A stretch of 64,000 bases of DNA from an uncultured Methylomirabilota bacterium (GCA_963845565.1 CAWJSJ010000002.1:160001-224000), one strand, 5' to 3'; shown: positions 41,437 through 51,906, counted from the first letter of the stretch. Numbers and translations are program-made. The notes: generated from the sequence alone by a model not told the origin.

Positions 41437-41601
41437 CATTCCTCCTGAAAAAGGCCCACCTGCGGTGACCCAGCCTTCGGCTGGGTACCCCGCTCGCCTT
41501 GGCACTCGCTGCGACGTACCTCCAGTACGCCTGGACCCAGCGGACTGGGTACCCCGGCTTGCGGCAAACCGCCTTGCGTCTGGGCCTTTTTGAGGAGGCT
41601 G
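41437..41601 (-). repeat. Repeat family R1, copy 5 (inverted; two extra hairpin modules)
   Basis: Reverse complement reads CAGCCTCCTCAAAAAGGCCCA...GGCGTACtggagGTACGTC...GGGTACCCAGCCGAAGGCTGGGTC...TGGGCCTTTTTCAGGAGG. Confidence 0.88.
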
Positions 41602-41884
41602 GGCGAGAGAGGATATACAGCGGTCTGCCGCGGATCACATACCCGTCAAGCCAAGGCAATCGTTCTCGCGCCCCCGGAGGCAGTCCTCCGGGGGCGTTGC
41701 GTTTTCAGCCTACCCCGTGGTCCCCCCATAGTTCCGTCCGTCCGTTGCATGCCGGCGAGCCGGACTGCTCCGAAACCGGACGCGCGATCCCCCCAGGGCC
41801 CCTTTTCCTTCCGGGAACTCTTTCCGTACGGTCTGGTCTAACGGAGCATGAGTCCCGAAACTCCCACTCACCAAGGAGGGATCT

Positions 41885-42641
41885 ATGCGACGCGTATTCC
41901 TGGCGGTGTTGCTCCTGGGGATGGCCGGCGCGGCTGGGCGGAAGCACCGGAAGGGCGGTGGATGTGCAGATCCGGTCGGATAGCGGGCGGATCCTCCCGC
42001 TCTACCCGGTGGCGACGCCGTCCGCAAACCGGAGAGTGTACGTCGAGGCGGTCAAGGGCGACCACTACGGCATTCTCGTCCGGAACCTTCTGAATCGGCG
42101 CGTCGGCGTGGTGATCGCGGTGGACGGTCGGAACATCATCTCGGGCCAGAAGTCGTGGCTTCGAAACACCGAGCGGATGTACATCCTGGAACCGTACGGA
42201 CAGGGAGAATTCAAGGGGTGGCGCACCAACCTCGACAGCATCAACCGCTTCTACTTCACGGACGCCGCTGATTCGTACGCCGCCGCCTTTCACGACGAAT
42301 CGGCAATGGGGGTGATCGCCGTGGCGGTCTATCCGGAGGTCCCACGCCACGATCCCGCAGATCTTTCGCGGTCATCGATGGGTTCGGCCCGTCGCGACGC
42401 ACCCGCGGCGAAGTCCGAAGCAGAGAGCGCCGGCACGGGGTTCGGCAGGCAGGAGCACTCGCCGGCGCGCGTGGTGGCGTTCGAGCCGGAGGCCGCGGCC
42501 GCGGAGAAGATCTACCTCAAGTACGAGTGGCGCGCCGCCCTCTGTCGCCAGGGCATCCTGCGCTGCGGCGCGAACCCGCCTCCGCGAAACCGCCTGTGGG
42601 ACGACGACGGTTTCGCACCTCCTCCGCCGCGCAGGTCCTGA
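41885..42641 (+). CDS. Hypothetical exported protein, frameshift near 41935
   Basis: AGGAGG RBS and signal peptide MRRVFLAVLLLGMAGAA, then coding continues in another frame (VIAVDGRNIISG, RFYFT, GVIAVAVYPE, AGTGFG). Confidence 0.7.
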
Positions 42642-42765
42642 CGACCGTGGTCAGCGGCGAGTGGGGTCGGCGACGCGCGCACCGCCACACACGGGGACTG
42701 GCAGGCTCGACCGAATGACAGGCCAGACACGTGAAATCCATGACGGCACCCCGAGAGGTAGCAAA

Positions 42766-42796
42766 ACGGCGCCTGACCCATGGGCCAGGCGCCGTC
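42766..42796. terminator. Stem-loop between convergent genes
   Basis: ACGGCGCCTG-acccatgggc-CAGGCGCCGT, followed by TTT on the minus strand. Confidence 0.55.
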
Positions 42797-42821
42797 TAGA
42801 GTCCTTCGAAACAGCGTGCGG

Positions 42822-44930
42822 CTACTTCCGCTTCAGGATGACGCGGGCGTCCACGACGCGGCAGCCCTTGCCCTCTTCGTAGAGGAGAATCGGGTTGGCG
42901 TCGGTCTCGGCGATCTCGTCGTCGAGGTCGGCCACGAGCTGGCTCAGCCGCGAGAGAACGCCGGCTAGGGCCTCCTGGTCGCGCCGCTTCTCGCCCCGGA
43001 CCCCCTGGAGCATCGGGTAGCCCTTGATCTCCTGCTGCATGGCCAGGGCGCAGTCGATGGAGATGGGGGCCACGCGGAAGGTCACGTCCTTCAGGACCTC
43101 GACGAACACCCCGCCCAGACCGAACATGATCGTGGGGCCGAAGGTGGCGTCGTTGACCGAGCCGACGATCACTTCGCTGCCGAGCGGCGCCATCTCGCAC
43201 ACCAGGATGCCGTGGATGTCGGCGTCCGCCTTGTACCGCTTGGCGTTCTCGATGATGGTCCGGAACCCGACCCGCACTGCCTCGGCGTCCTTCAGATTCA
43301 CCCGCACGCCGCCGGCGTCGCTCTTGTGCAGGATGTCGGGGGAGACGATCTTCAGGACGACCGGGAAGCCAAGCTCTTGGGCATACTTGACTGCCTCGTC
43401 CTCGGTCTTGGCCAGACTGGACTTGGTCACCGGCAGACCGTAGCAGGCGAAGAGCGTCTTGGCCTCGGGCTCGGTGAGCGCTTGGCGGCCGGCCTTCCGG
43501 GCCAGGTCGATGATCGCCTTGGCGCGCTTCTTGTCCACATCGGCGTAGGGCTCGAAGTCCACCTTGCAGCCCACCTCCGAGAACCGGGCCGCCTGGCGCA
43601 GGGCCGCCAGGGCCGACATCGTCTTGTTGGGGCAATCGTAGTACGGGATGGACGCGTCCAGCAGGAGTTTTCCCGCTTCCACGCTGCCCGCTCCGCCCAC
43701 GAAGCAGGCCACCACGGGCTTGTCCTTTACGCCCGATTCCGCCAGCTTGGTGATCACGGCGTTGGCGATGTCCGTGGCCTTGGTGACGGCCGTCTCGCAG
43801 TAGAAAACGCCGACGCCGTCCACCCAGGGGGACTTGAGCGCGGCCGCGATCGCCCCCTCGTAGCCGGCCACGCCGCTGCCGCCGGTGATGTCCACCGGGT
43901 TCTTGGCGCTGCCGAAATCCGGCATGAACTTGCGAAACTCTGCCTGGGCGTCGGCCGGCGCAGTCTGGAGCGGGATCCCGTGCCGCTCGGCCGCATCCGA
44001 TCCCAGCACGCCGATCCCGCCGCCGTTGGTGATGATCACGACGTTGCCGCCCTTGAGCACCGGCTGCATCGCCAGAGCCTGGCTCTTGTTCAGCATGTCC
44101 TCCAGATCGGTCGCCCAGATCATGTGGGACTGATTACAGGCAGCCTGGTACACCTTGACCGACCCGGCGAGCGAGCCGGTGTGGGAGGCGGCGGCGGCGG
44201 CGCCGTGCGCCGACACGCCGGCCTTGAGCGCCACGATGGGCTTCCCCGCCCAGCGGCCGGCCTGCATGAACTTGTAGCCGTTCTTGACGCCTTCGATGTA
44301 GAGGGCGATGCACTTCGTGTTCGGATCCTGGGCGTAGTATTCGATGCAGTCCGCGAAGTCCAGGTCCGCCATGTTGCCCAGCGAGATCATGGACGAGACG
44401 CCGAACCGGCGGACGAAGGTCACGGTGTCCAGCGCGATGATCAGGGCGCCCGACTGCGAGATGAGGGTCGTATGGCCGTTGTACGGCAGGACCGGCGCGA
44501 AGCTGGCGTTCGCCTTGGCCGGGTTGCTCATGGTCCCCACGATGTTCGGCCCGATAACTCGACCGCCCGAGGCTTTGACGATCCGGTTCAACTCCTCCTC
44601 GTCCTTCCTGTTCCCCACCTCGGCGAAACCGCTGGTGATGACGATGTGGCCCTTGACCCCTGCCTTGGCACACTGCCGCGCCACGTCCAGCACCTTATCG
44701 GCGGGAACGCAGTACACCGCGGCGTCCACCGGCCCCGGCACGTCGGCGATGGAGGGATACGTCTTGAGGCCGAGGATCTCCGTGGCTCCCGGGTTGATTG
44801 GGTAGATGGGGCCGGGAAAGCCGCCGTCGATCAGATTCTTGGTGACTTGCTGGCCGATGGTCCCCTCGCGGCGAGAGGCACCGATGACGGCAATGGACCG
44901 AGGATTGAATACGGGCTCGAGTTCGTGCAT
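42822..44930 (-). CDS. Acetate/acyl-CoA ligase (ADP-forming), alpha-beta fusion
   Basis: SIAVIGAS, GPN, SQSG, SHTGSLAG phospho-His, NGGG, NPVD, HKSDAGGV ATP-grasp. Confidence 0.92.
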   Translation of the reverse strand: MHELEPVFNPRSIAVIGASRREGTIGQQVTKNLIDGGFPGPIYPINPGATEILGLKTYPSIADVPGPVDAAVYCVPADKVLDVARQCAKAGVKGHIVITSGFAEVGNRKDEEELNRIVKASGGRVIGPNIVGTMSNPAKANASFAPVLPYNGHTTLISQSGALIIALDTVTFVRRFGVSSMISLGNMADLDFADCIEYYAQDPNTKCIALYIEGVKNGYKFMQAGRWAGKPIVALKAGVSAHGAAAAASHTGSLAGSVKVYQAACNQSHMIWATDLEDMLNKSQALAMQPVLKGGNVVIITNGGGIGVLGSDAAERHGIPLQTAPADAQAEFRKFMPDFGSAKNPVDITGGSGVAGYEGAIAAALKSPWVDGVGVFYCETAVTKATDIANAVITKLAESGVKDKPVVACFVGGAGSVEAGKLLLDASIPYYDCPNKTMSALAALRQAARFSEVGCKVDFEPYADVDKKRAKAIIDLARKAGRQALTEPEAKTLFACYGLPVTKSSLAKTEDEAVKYAQELGFPVVLKIVSPDILHKSDAGGVRVNLKDAEAVRVGFRTIIENAKRYKADADIHGILVCEMAPLGSEVIVGSVNDATFGPTIMFGLGGVFVEVLKDVTFRVAPISIDCALAMQQEIKGYPMLQGVRGEKRRDQEALAGVLSRLSQLVADLDDEIAETDANPILLYEEGKGCRVVDARVILKRK

Positions 44931-45065
44931 GTGATCCCCCCTGCCATGATTGCTGGCGAGGCACAAAGGTTATTGGAGCGCAAACCTGATCGGAAAAACC
45001 CTACGAAGGGTCCGTGGGTGGCCGGCGCTGGCCGTGTTTCTCTCCCCACGAATGTTGGCAGCTTC

Positions 45066-45170
45066 TTAGGAGCCGTTACGAAATAACGTGATCGTCTTGA
45101 TAATTTCGTTACGGCTCCTTATGCCGTTTCCAGAATATCTCTGGTCAAATTATTCTCTGACAACGGCTTA
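45066..45170 (+). repeat. Repeat family R2, copy C
   Basis: TTAGGAGCCGTTACGAAAT..ATTTCGTTACGGCTCCTTATGCCGTT..CTGACAACGGCTTA. Confidence 0.9.
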
Positions 45171-45476
45171 ACGCCGCTTCGTTGCGACTTTTTGCAAGTG
45201 CTGGACCACTCAGATGGTTCAATCTAACTCGTGATTCGTAAAGGGCTCTCCCGGAGAACGACGGGTTCCTCGATGAGCGGGCCCCGCGTGGAACGCGACA
45301 TGTTGTCCCACGGTGTTTGATAATCGCCCCGTCTGCCTTATATATAGCGTTTGCGACCGAACACTGCAAGCCCCGGCGGTCGGAACCCGATCGGGTGACC
45401 GGAGAACCGAACAACCGTTCGGACCTGCCGCCCGTCGTCGCGCCACACGCTACGGCGCCGGAACGTGCAACGCTCG

Positions 45477-48400
45477 TCAGCCCTCGAGTCGCGCCAGGCG
45501 ATCCGACGCAAAACCCCGCCGCAGCGTGTGTTCGCAGATCACCCGTCCTTCGACAAATTGAATCAGGTAATCCGGGCCGCCCGCCTGATATCCCACGCCC
45601 GACATCTGGCGCCCGCCGAACGGCTGGCGCCCCACGATGGCCCCGGTGATCCCGCGGTTGATGTACAGATCTCCCACGCGGAAGGCCTCCTCCGCCCGGC
45701 GAAGGTTGGTTGGACTTCGCGAGAAGACCCCGCCGGTGAGCGCGTAGTCGCTGTCCATGGCGAGCGCCAGCGCCGCCTCGAAGTCCTTGGCCGGCATGAC
45801 AGAGAGGACGGGCCCAAAGATCTCCTCCTGGGCCAGCGGGCTCGCGGGCGGCACGTCGGCAAAGATGGCGGGCGGCACGAAGTAGCCTCCCAGGGATCCC
45901 AGATCCGCCGGAACGTCCCGGATGAGGGCGGGGCGGGCACCGCTCCTCCCCGCTGCGATGTAGTGCTGGACTCTCCGCTGCGCGGCCTGGTCGATCAGCG
46001 GCCCCACCACCGTCGCCGGTTGGTCCGCCGCCCCCATGGGCAGCGTCCGGACCGCTTCGACAAGGCGCGCCAGCAGTCGGTCGTAAACGCGCCCGACACC
46101 GATCACGCGAGAACAGGCAGAACATTTTTGACCCGAGTAGCCGAAAGCCGAGGCGACAATCCCCTGGACCGCCTCGTCCAGGTCGGCGTCGTCGTCCACC
46201 ACGATCGCGTTCTTGCCCCCCATCTCGGCCACCACCCGCTTCAGGTGCCGGGCGCCCGGCACGGTTTGCGCGGCCAGACCGTAGAGTCGCGCACCCACCT
46301 CGCGGGAGCCGGTAAAGACGATCATCCGGACGGCGGGGTGGCGGGCGAGTCGATCCCCCACGACCTCACCGGGGCCGGGCAGATAGTTCACGACTCCCGG
46401 CGGCAGGCCGGCCTCCTCCAGGATCGCCACGAGGTGGGCCGCGATCACCGGCGTCGGTCTGGCCGGCTTCATCACCACCGTATTCCCGGTCGCCAGGGCA
46501 GCGGCGGTCATGCCGGTGAGAATCGCCAAGGGGAAATTCCAGGGGGCGATCACGCCCACCACGCCGCGCGGCTCCCGCAAATACAGATTGATCTCTCCGG
46601 GAAACTCGCCCAGGCGCCGCGGTGCCTGCAGATCCATGGCCTCACGGCCGTAGTATTCCAGGAAATCGATCGCCTCGATCACATCGCCGTCCGCTTCTCG
46701 CCAGGGCTTCCCGGCCTCGTGGACGATCCAGGCAGCCAGATCGGTGCGCCGCTCCCGGAGGATCACCGCCGCCCGGTGCAAGAGCTGCGCGCGATCGCGC
46801 ACCCCGCGATCCCGCCAATCGGGAAACGCCCGCTCAGCCGCCGCCACTGCCTCGTCCACGTCTGCGGCCGTGGCCGAGGCGGCCCACCCCACGACTTCGC
46901 CGGGCCGAGAAGGGTTGAGAGAGGCAAGCCTGTCGGGGGTCTCGACGGATCGCCCCCCGATGACCAGCGGGTGGAAACGCCCGAACTGGCGCCGGACGCC
47001 GGCGAGCGCCTCGGCGAAGCGGTCGCGCTCGATGGCCAAGGCAAAGTCCGCCCGGGGTTCGTTCGCAAAGGGGGGCAGAGCGTCCCGGCGGGAACCCGGC
47101 GCCGCGGGGGCGGGGGCGGCCTCAGCCGGCGCGCCGGCCTGAGGGGGCGCGAGCAACGCGTCCGGCGATTCGCCATCCGCGAAACCGCGGCGGAGGAAGG
47201 ATTCGTTGGAGGTGTTTTCCAGCAGCCGACGTACCAGATACCCCATGCCCGGGATCAGTTCTCCGAAGGGCATGTAGACCCGCACGCGCTCCCCCTGCTC
47301 GCTTAGCGCCCGGGCCAGGGGCGCCGCCATGCCGTAGAGAACCTGATACTCCACGCTCTTCGGCGGGAGGCCCATCGCCTCGCGGCACGCCGCGGCGTAG
47401 GCAATCGACCGGATGTTGTGGCTACCCAGGACGAGGTCCACCGTGTTCGCTCGCTCCAGGAAGTAGCGCGTCAGGCGCTCGAAGCACGCATCCGTCTGGC
47501 TCTTCACCGCATAGACGGGAATCGGCCATCCCTCCAACCTCGCACGCGCGACCTCGTAGTCCCAGTACGCTCCCTTTACCAGTCGAACGGTGATCGGCGC
47601 CCCCCGCTGCAACGCCCACTCCACCAGGCGTCTGGCATCGGCCTCGGCCTCCAAGAGATACGCCTGCAGGACAATCCCCACATTCCGGTTCGACCGAAAC
47701 TCTGGCTCGGCGCAGAGCTCCGTGAAAACCTGGAGCGTGAGGTCCTTCAGCCGATGGTCTTCCATGTCGATCTGGATGTGCGCGTTGTGCGTCTGGGCGG
47801 CCCGGAAGATGGGGCGGAGGCGCGTCTTCACCGTATCCGCGGCACCCGCGGGATCGATCGGATCGAAATACGGGGAGAGGGCGGAGAGCTTCACCGACAC
47901 GTTCACGCGAGGCAGCGCACCCCACGGGGCCGCGTCCAGGCCTTCGTGCGCGTGCCAGGTTCGGGCCGCGGGCGAGAGCTGTTCTACCAGCGCCAAGTAC
48001 CGCGCCTGATACGCCGCCGCCTCGTCGTCGCTTACGCAGGCCTCGCCCAGGAGGTCCAGCGTGGCGGTCAACCCCGTGCGACGGACCCGTCGCACGGCGC
48101 GCCCAGCCTCTGCAGGTGTGGCACCCGCGATGAAGCGGCGACCGAGGTGTCGCACGGCGACCCGGAGGGCACCGGCGACAACCAGCTCGCCGAGCCAGCC
48201 GAGTTCGGCAACGACCAGACCAACCCGCGTGAGGCGGGCGAACGGCCCGGGCCGATCGCCGAGGTAGTCGCGCAGGTGGCGGACCGTCTCGGTCGCATCC
48301 CCCAAGGCGGGGAGGACGTCCACAAATCGAAAGAGCTGCAGCTTGGCGTCCTCATCTGTCATCGCCCAGGCCAGGAGGCGGGCGGTCAACCGATCACCCG

Positions 48401-48500
48401 CCAGGAAACCGGCAGCGTCTCCGCGGACGCGCCCAAACAGGTCGCGCCCGATTTCGCGAATTCGTTCCTCCGGGACCGCGAACGCTCTAGGCGCAGCCAT
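45477..48500 (-). CDS. putA: Bifunctional proline dehydrogenase / P5C dehydrogenase
   Basis: LFRFVDVLP, DLLGE, VRLVKGAYWD, YLVRRLLENTSN, PWNFP, EMGGKN, GQKCSACS, EEIFGP. Confidence 0.95.
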   Translation of the reverse strand: MAAPRAFAVPEERIREIGRDLFGRVRGDAAGFLAGDRLTARLLAWAMTDEDAKLQLFRFVDVLPALGDATETVRHLRDYLGDRPGPFARLTRVGLVVAELGWLGELVVAGALRVAVRHLGRRFIAGATPAEAGRAVRRVRRTGLTATLDLLGEACVSDDEAAAYQARYLALVEQLSPAARTWHAHEGLDAAPWGALPRVNVSVKLSALSPYFDPIDPAGAADTVKTRLRPIFRAAQTHNAHIQIDMEDHRLKDLTLQVFTELCAEPEFRSNRNVGIVLQAYLLEAEADARRLVEWALQRGAPITVRLVKGAYWDYEVARARLEGWPIPVYAVKSQTDACFERLTRYFLERANTVDLVLGSHNIRSIAYAAACREAMGLPPKSVEYQVLYGMAAPLARALSEQGERVRVYMPFGELIPGMGYLVRRLLENTSNESFLRRGFADGESPDALLAPPQAGAPAEAAPAPAAPGSRRDALPPFANEPRADFALAIERDRFAEALAGVRRQFGRFHPLVIGGRSVETPDRLASLNPSRPGEVVGWAASATAADVDEAVAAAERAFPDWRDRGVRDRAQLLHRAAVILRERRTDLAAWIVHEAGKPWREADGDVIEAIDFLEYYGREAMDLQAPRRLGEFPGEINLYLREPRGVVGVIAPWNFPLAILTGMTAAALATGNTVVMKPARPTPVIAAHLVAILEEAGLPPGVVNYLPGPGEVVGDRLARHPAVRMIVFTGSREVGARLYGLAAQTVPGARHLKRVVAEMGGKNAIVVDDDADLDEAVQGIVASAFGYSGQKCSACSRVIGVGRVYDRLLARLVEAVRTLPMGAADQPATVVGPLIDQAAQRRVQHYIAAGRSGARPALIRDVPADLGSLGGYFVPPAIFADVPPASPLAQEEIFGPVLSVMPAKDFEAALALAMDSDYALTGGVFSRSPTNLRRAEEAFRVGDLYINRGITGAIVGRQPFGGRQMSGVGYQAGGPDYLIQFVEGRVICEHTLRRGFASDRLARLEG

Positions 48501-48668
48501 TATCACGACCTCCTCGCTGGCGGGCGGGGCGAACGGCCGTTTCCTCTAATGGCGGAGCTGTCAACTGGCTCTGAGGCGGGTCTCGCGCCCGCTGGCCTAA
48601 CCGGGCCAGCGGGCGCGGAGAACACAGGATCGGCCCCCCAACGCACCGCGGCGCCGGGGGAATCGGGC

Positions 48669-49917
48669 TCAGGCTGTCCGAACGCGTGCTCCTGCCTGGC
48701 GCGCGGACACCGTCTCGGGCGAGAACTCCCCTTCCGAGTAGGCGACCGCTGCCGTGCAGGCCACGTCGCCCGTCACGTTGAGGCACGTCCGCCCCATGTC
48801 CAGGATCACGTCGATTCCGGCGATGAGACCGAGACCCTCCAGCGGCAGGCCGACGCCCTGCAGGACCATGGCCAGCATGATCAGGCCGGCGCCCGGAACG
48901 CCCGCCGTCCCGATGGAGCCGAGCGTCGCCAAGAGGATGATCATCAGGTACTGGTTAAATCCAAGTGGCACACCGTAGAGAGACGCGATGAAGAGCGCTG
49001 CGATCCCCTGATAGATGGCCGTGCCGTCCATGTTGACGGTGGCCCCCAGGGGGAGCGTGAAACTGGTAATGCTCCGCGGGAGGCCCAACTTCTCCTCCGA
49101 GACGCGCATCGTCACCGGAAGCGTGGCGTTACTGCTCCGGGTGACGAAGGCCATTACCATGACCTCCGTGATCGCTTTGAAGAATCGGAACGGGTTCACA
49201 TGCGCCAGGATCTGGACGATTGAGGAATAGACGATCGCCACGTGCAGGAAATAGGCGAGGTAGCACACCAGGATGAGGTTCAGGAACGGCAGCAGGACCT
49301 GGGGCCCCTGCTTGGCGATGGTTGCGGCGATGAGCGAGAAAACGCCCAGAGGCGCGAACCACATCACGATCGTCGTCAGCTTGTACATCGTCTCGGCCGC
49401 ACTGTCAGCGACCGCGATTAGAGCCTTGCCCTTGTCCCCGATCAGGACCGCCGCGATTCCGAAGAGAATCGCGAAGACGATCACCGGCAGGACGTCGCCC
49501 TTGGACAACGACTCAAACGGGTTGGTGGTCACCAGATTGAGCAGGACGTCCTTCAGGGCGGGGATGGTGGGCGTCTTGAAGCCGGCGACCGGCGAAAGCT
49601 TCATGCCGGCGGCCGGGTTGAAGATCCCGGCAATGACCAGACCGATGGCAGACGGCGATGGCCGTGGTCGCCAGATAGATCACGATGATCTTGACGCCCA
49701 CGCGTCCGAGCTTGATGGGATCGCTGATGGAGGCCGTACCGGTGAGCAGGGAGAAGAACACCAGGGGCACGATGAGCATCTTCAAGAGCCGGAGGAAGAG
49801 ATCCCCGATCCAGCTCAGACTGAGGCTCGCATCCTTGAAGAGGAGCCCGAAGACCGCGCCAACCGCAAACCCGATCAGAATCCATCCGAGCAGTCCGATC
49901 CGTCGTCCTTCTGCCAT
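48669..49917 (-). CDS. Dicarboxylate/amino acid:cation symporter (DAACS, GltP-like), frameshift near 49650
   Basis: FLRLLKMLIVP in one frame; TRSSNATLP, GATVNMDG and RTCLNVTGD in the next. Confidence 0.9.
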
Positions 49918-50368
49918 GACCCTGTCCTCCATTCGTGCGTCACGAGGCGACCTGGACCCCCTCCCGGTCTCCGTTCGTCAGAATGGTTCGATCATGCCTG
50001 ACGTTCCGAACTCGTCGGTTTCGTTTCACCTCCTATCGGCGCCGGGAACGACCCACGCGGAAAAGGGATCCGCAGAAAAGACGGCCCTCCGGGATCGGCA
50101 CCCCGCAGGGCCACGCTCATCGTGTTCGACGTTCGCCGAGCAACTGGCACACGATCGGATCCCCCAAGGACGTCCATCTGCCGCCCCACCTTCCCCAAGG
50201 GAACCCACGGCTGATTTCGATTGAAGCGTAGTCCGACCCGGCGGCCGCTGTCAAGGCGAATGACCCGAATGATCGGTCTTGCCGGACGCCGGTCGAGACC
50301 GAAAAGGTGCTTATTTATGGCCGGTTATGACGTAATGAAAAATAACCTATTCAAAATATAAAAAAAAC

Positions 50369-50399
50369 TTGACTAGCTGACTCCCCTGGCCGCTACACT
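50369..50399 (+). promoter_or_regulatory. Candidate promoter of the light-stress cluster in an AT-rich patch
   Basis: TTGACT-N19-TACACT preceded by an A/T-rich tract (50335-50368). Confidence 0.4.
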
Positions 50400-50421
50400 C
50401 CGTCTCGTAATGAGGAGCGAA

Positions 50422-51906
50422 ATGGAGCGAATGATTCTGGTGACGGGAGCGACGGGATACATCGGAGGCCGCCTGGTGGCGGCCCTGGAAAACGCGGGGC
50501 ATCGCGTTCGATGTTTGGCGCGTCGGCCCGAGACCCTCCACGGGCGCGTCGGCGCGGGAACCGAGGTTGTGCAGGGAGACTGCTTGGCCCCGGCCAGCCT
50601 CGGTCCCGCCCTGGCCGGCGTCCACACGGCCTACTATCTTGTGCACTCCATGGGAGCTACCAAAGACTTCGCCGCGCTCGACCGTGAGGCGGCATGGGAG
50701 TTTGGGCGGGCGGCACGGGAGGCCGGTGTCCGGCGCATCATCTATCTCGGTGGCCTCGGCGAGCCAAGCGACGACCTATCCGCCCACCTGAAGAGTCGCC
50801 AGGAGACCGGTGATATCTTGCGTGAGAGCGGAGTCCCCGTCGTCGAGTTCCGCGCCTCGATCGTGATTGGCTCCGGCAGCCTTTCGTTTGAGATGGTACG
50901 TGCCCTGGTGGAGCGACTCCCGGTGCTCATCTGCCCGAAGTGGGTCTCCGTCGCTGCCCAACCCATAGCGATCGAGGACCTGATCGCGTATCTGGTGGCG
51001 GCACTCGACCTCCCCGAGGCCAGCGCCGGCATCTTCCCGATCGGCGGGCCGGACGTTGTCTCGTACGGTGACATCATGCGGGAGTACGCTCGCCAGCGGG
51101 GTCTCCGGCGCTGGCTGATCTCCGTGCCCGTCCTCACCCCGCGGCTCTCGAGCCTCTGGCTGGGTCTGGTGACTCCCCTCTATGCTCGGGTGGGCCGGAA
51201 ACTGATCGACAGCCTCAGGAATCCCACCATCGTGCGAGACGAGAGCGCCCGACACACCTTCCAGATCCATCCCCGATCCCTCCGCGAAGCGATCGCCCGG
51301 GCCGCCTCTCTGGAGGATGCCGAGCAGGCAGCCACCCGCTGGTCCGACGCCCTCTCGGCGGGTGGCGTGCAGCCTGCTGGGTGGGGCGGTTCCCGGCTGG
51401 GGACCCGAATCGTGGACAGCCGGGCTGTGACGGTGGACTCGCCCCCCTCTGCGGCCTTCGCTCCGGTGCGTCGCATCGGAGGGGCTCAGGGCTGGTATTG
51501 CGGCAACGCCCTGTGGCGGCTGCGCGGGTTCCTGGATCTCCTGGTGGGCGGCATCGGCATGCGTCGTGGCCGTCGGGATCCAGAGTTGCCCCATCCGGGC
51601 GATGCCCTGGACTTCTGGCGCATAGAAGCCTACGAGCCGGATCACCTCCTGCGTCTGGTTGCCGAGATGAAGCTCCCCGGCCGGGCCTGGCTGCAATTTG
51701 AAGTCACCCCGCGCGCCGGGGACGTCTCCGAGATTCGGCAGACGGCCATCTTCGATCCGGCAGGTCTTGCCGGCTTGCTCTACTGGTACGCTCTCTATCC
51801 GCTGCATGCGATCATCTTCCGCGGGATGCTGAATGGCATCGCGGCAAGGGCGACGTCCGGAGATACGAAGAAACCCCGCCATATCACGCACGAGGTGCTG
51901 GCATGA
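50422..51906 (+). CDS. YbjT-like atypical SDR/NAD(P)-binding oxidoreductase with C-terminal DUF2867
   Basis: ILVTGATGYIG, YYLVHSM, IGSGSLSFE, GDALDFWR, AEMKLPGRAWL, YWYALYPLH. Confidence 0.88.
   Translation: MERMILVTGATGYIGGRLVAALENAGHRVRCLARRPETLHGRVGAGTEVVQGDCLAPASLGPALAGVHTAYYLVHSMGATKDFAALDREAAWEFGRAAREAGVRRIIYLGGLGEPSDDLSAHLKSRQETGDILRESGVPVVEFRASIVIGSGSLSFEMVRALVERLPVLICPKWVSVAAQPIAIEDLIAYLVAALDLPEASAGIFPIGGPDVVSYGDIMREYARQRGLRRWLISVPVLTPRLSSLWLGLVTPLYARVGRKLIDSLRNPTIVRDESARHTFQIHPRSLREAIARAASLEDAEQAATRWSDALSAGGVQPAGWGGSRLGTRIVDSRAVTVDSPPSAAFAPVRRIGGAQGWYCGNALWRLRGFLDLLVGGIGMRRGRRDPELPHPGDALDFWRIEAYEPDHLLRLVAEMKLPGRAWLQFEVTPRAGDVSEIRQTAIFDPAGLAGLLYWYALYPLHAIIFRGMLNGIAARATSGDTKKPRHITHEVLA

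Noticed and set aside
3035..45170. R1/R2 repeats as a CRISPR array
   Set aside because: Copies are dispersed and over 100 bp, with no regular repeat-spacer period and no cas genes.
50320..50380. CarH-type 11-bp direct-repeat operator
   Set aside because: The region is AT-rich, but I could not find a convincing 11-bp periodic TnnACA series by eye.
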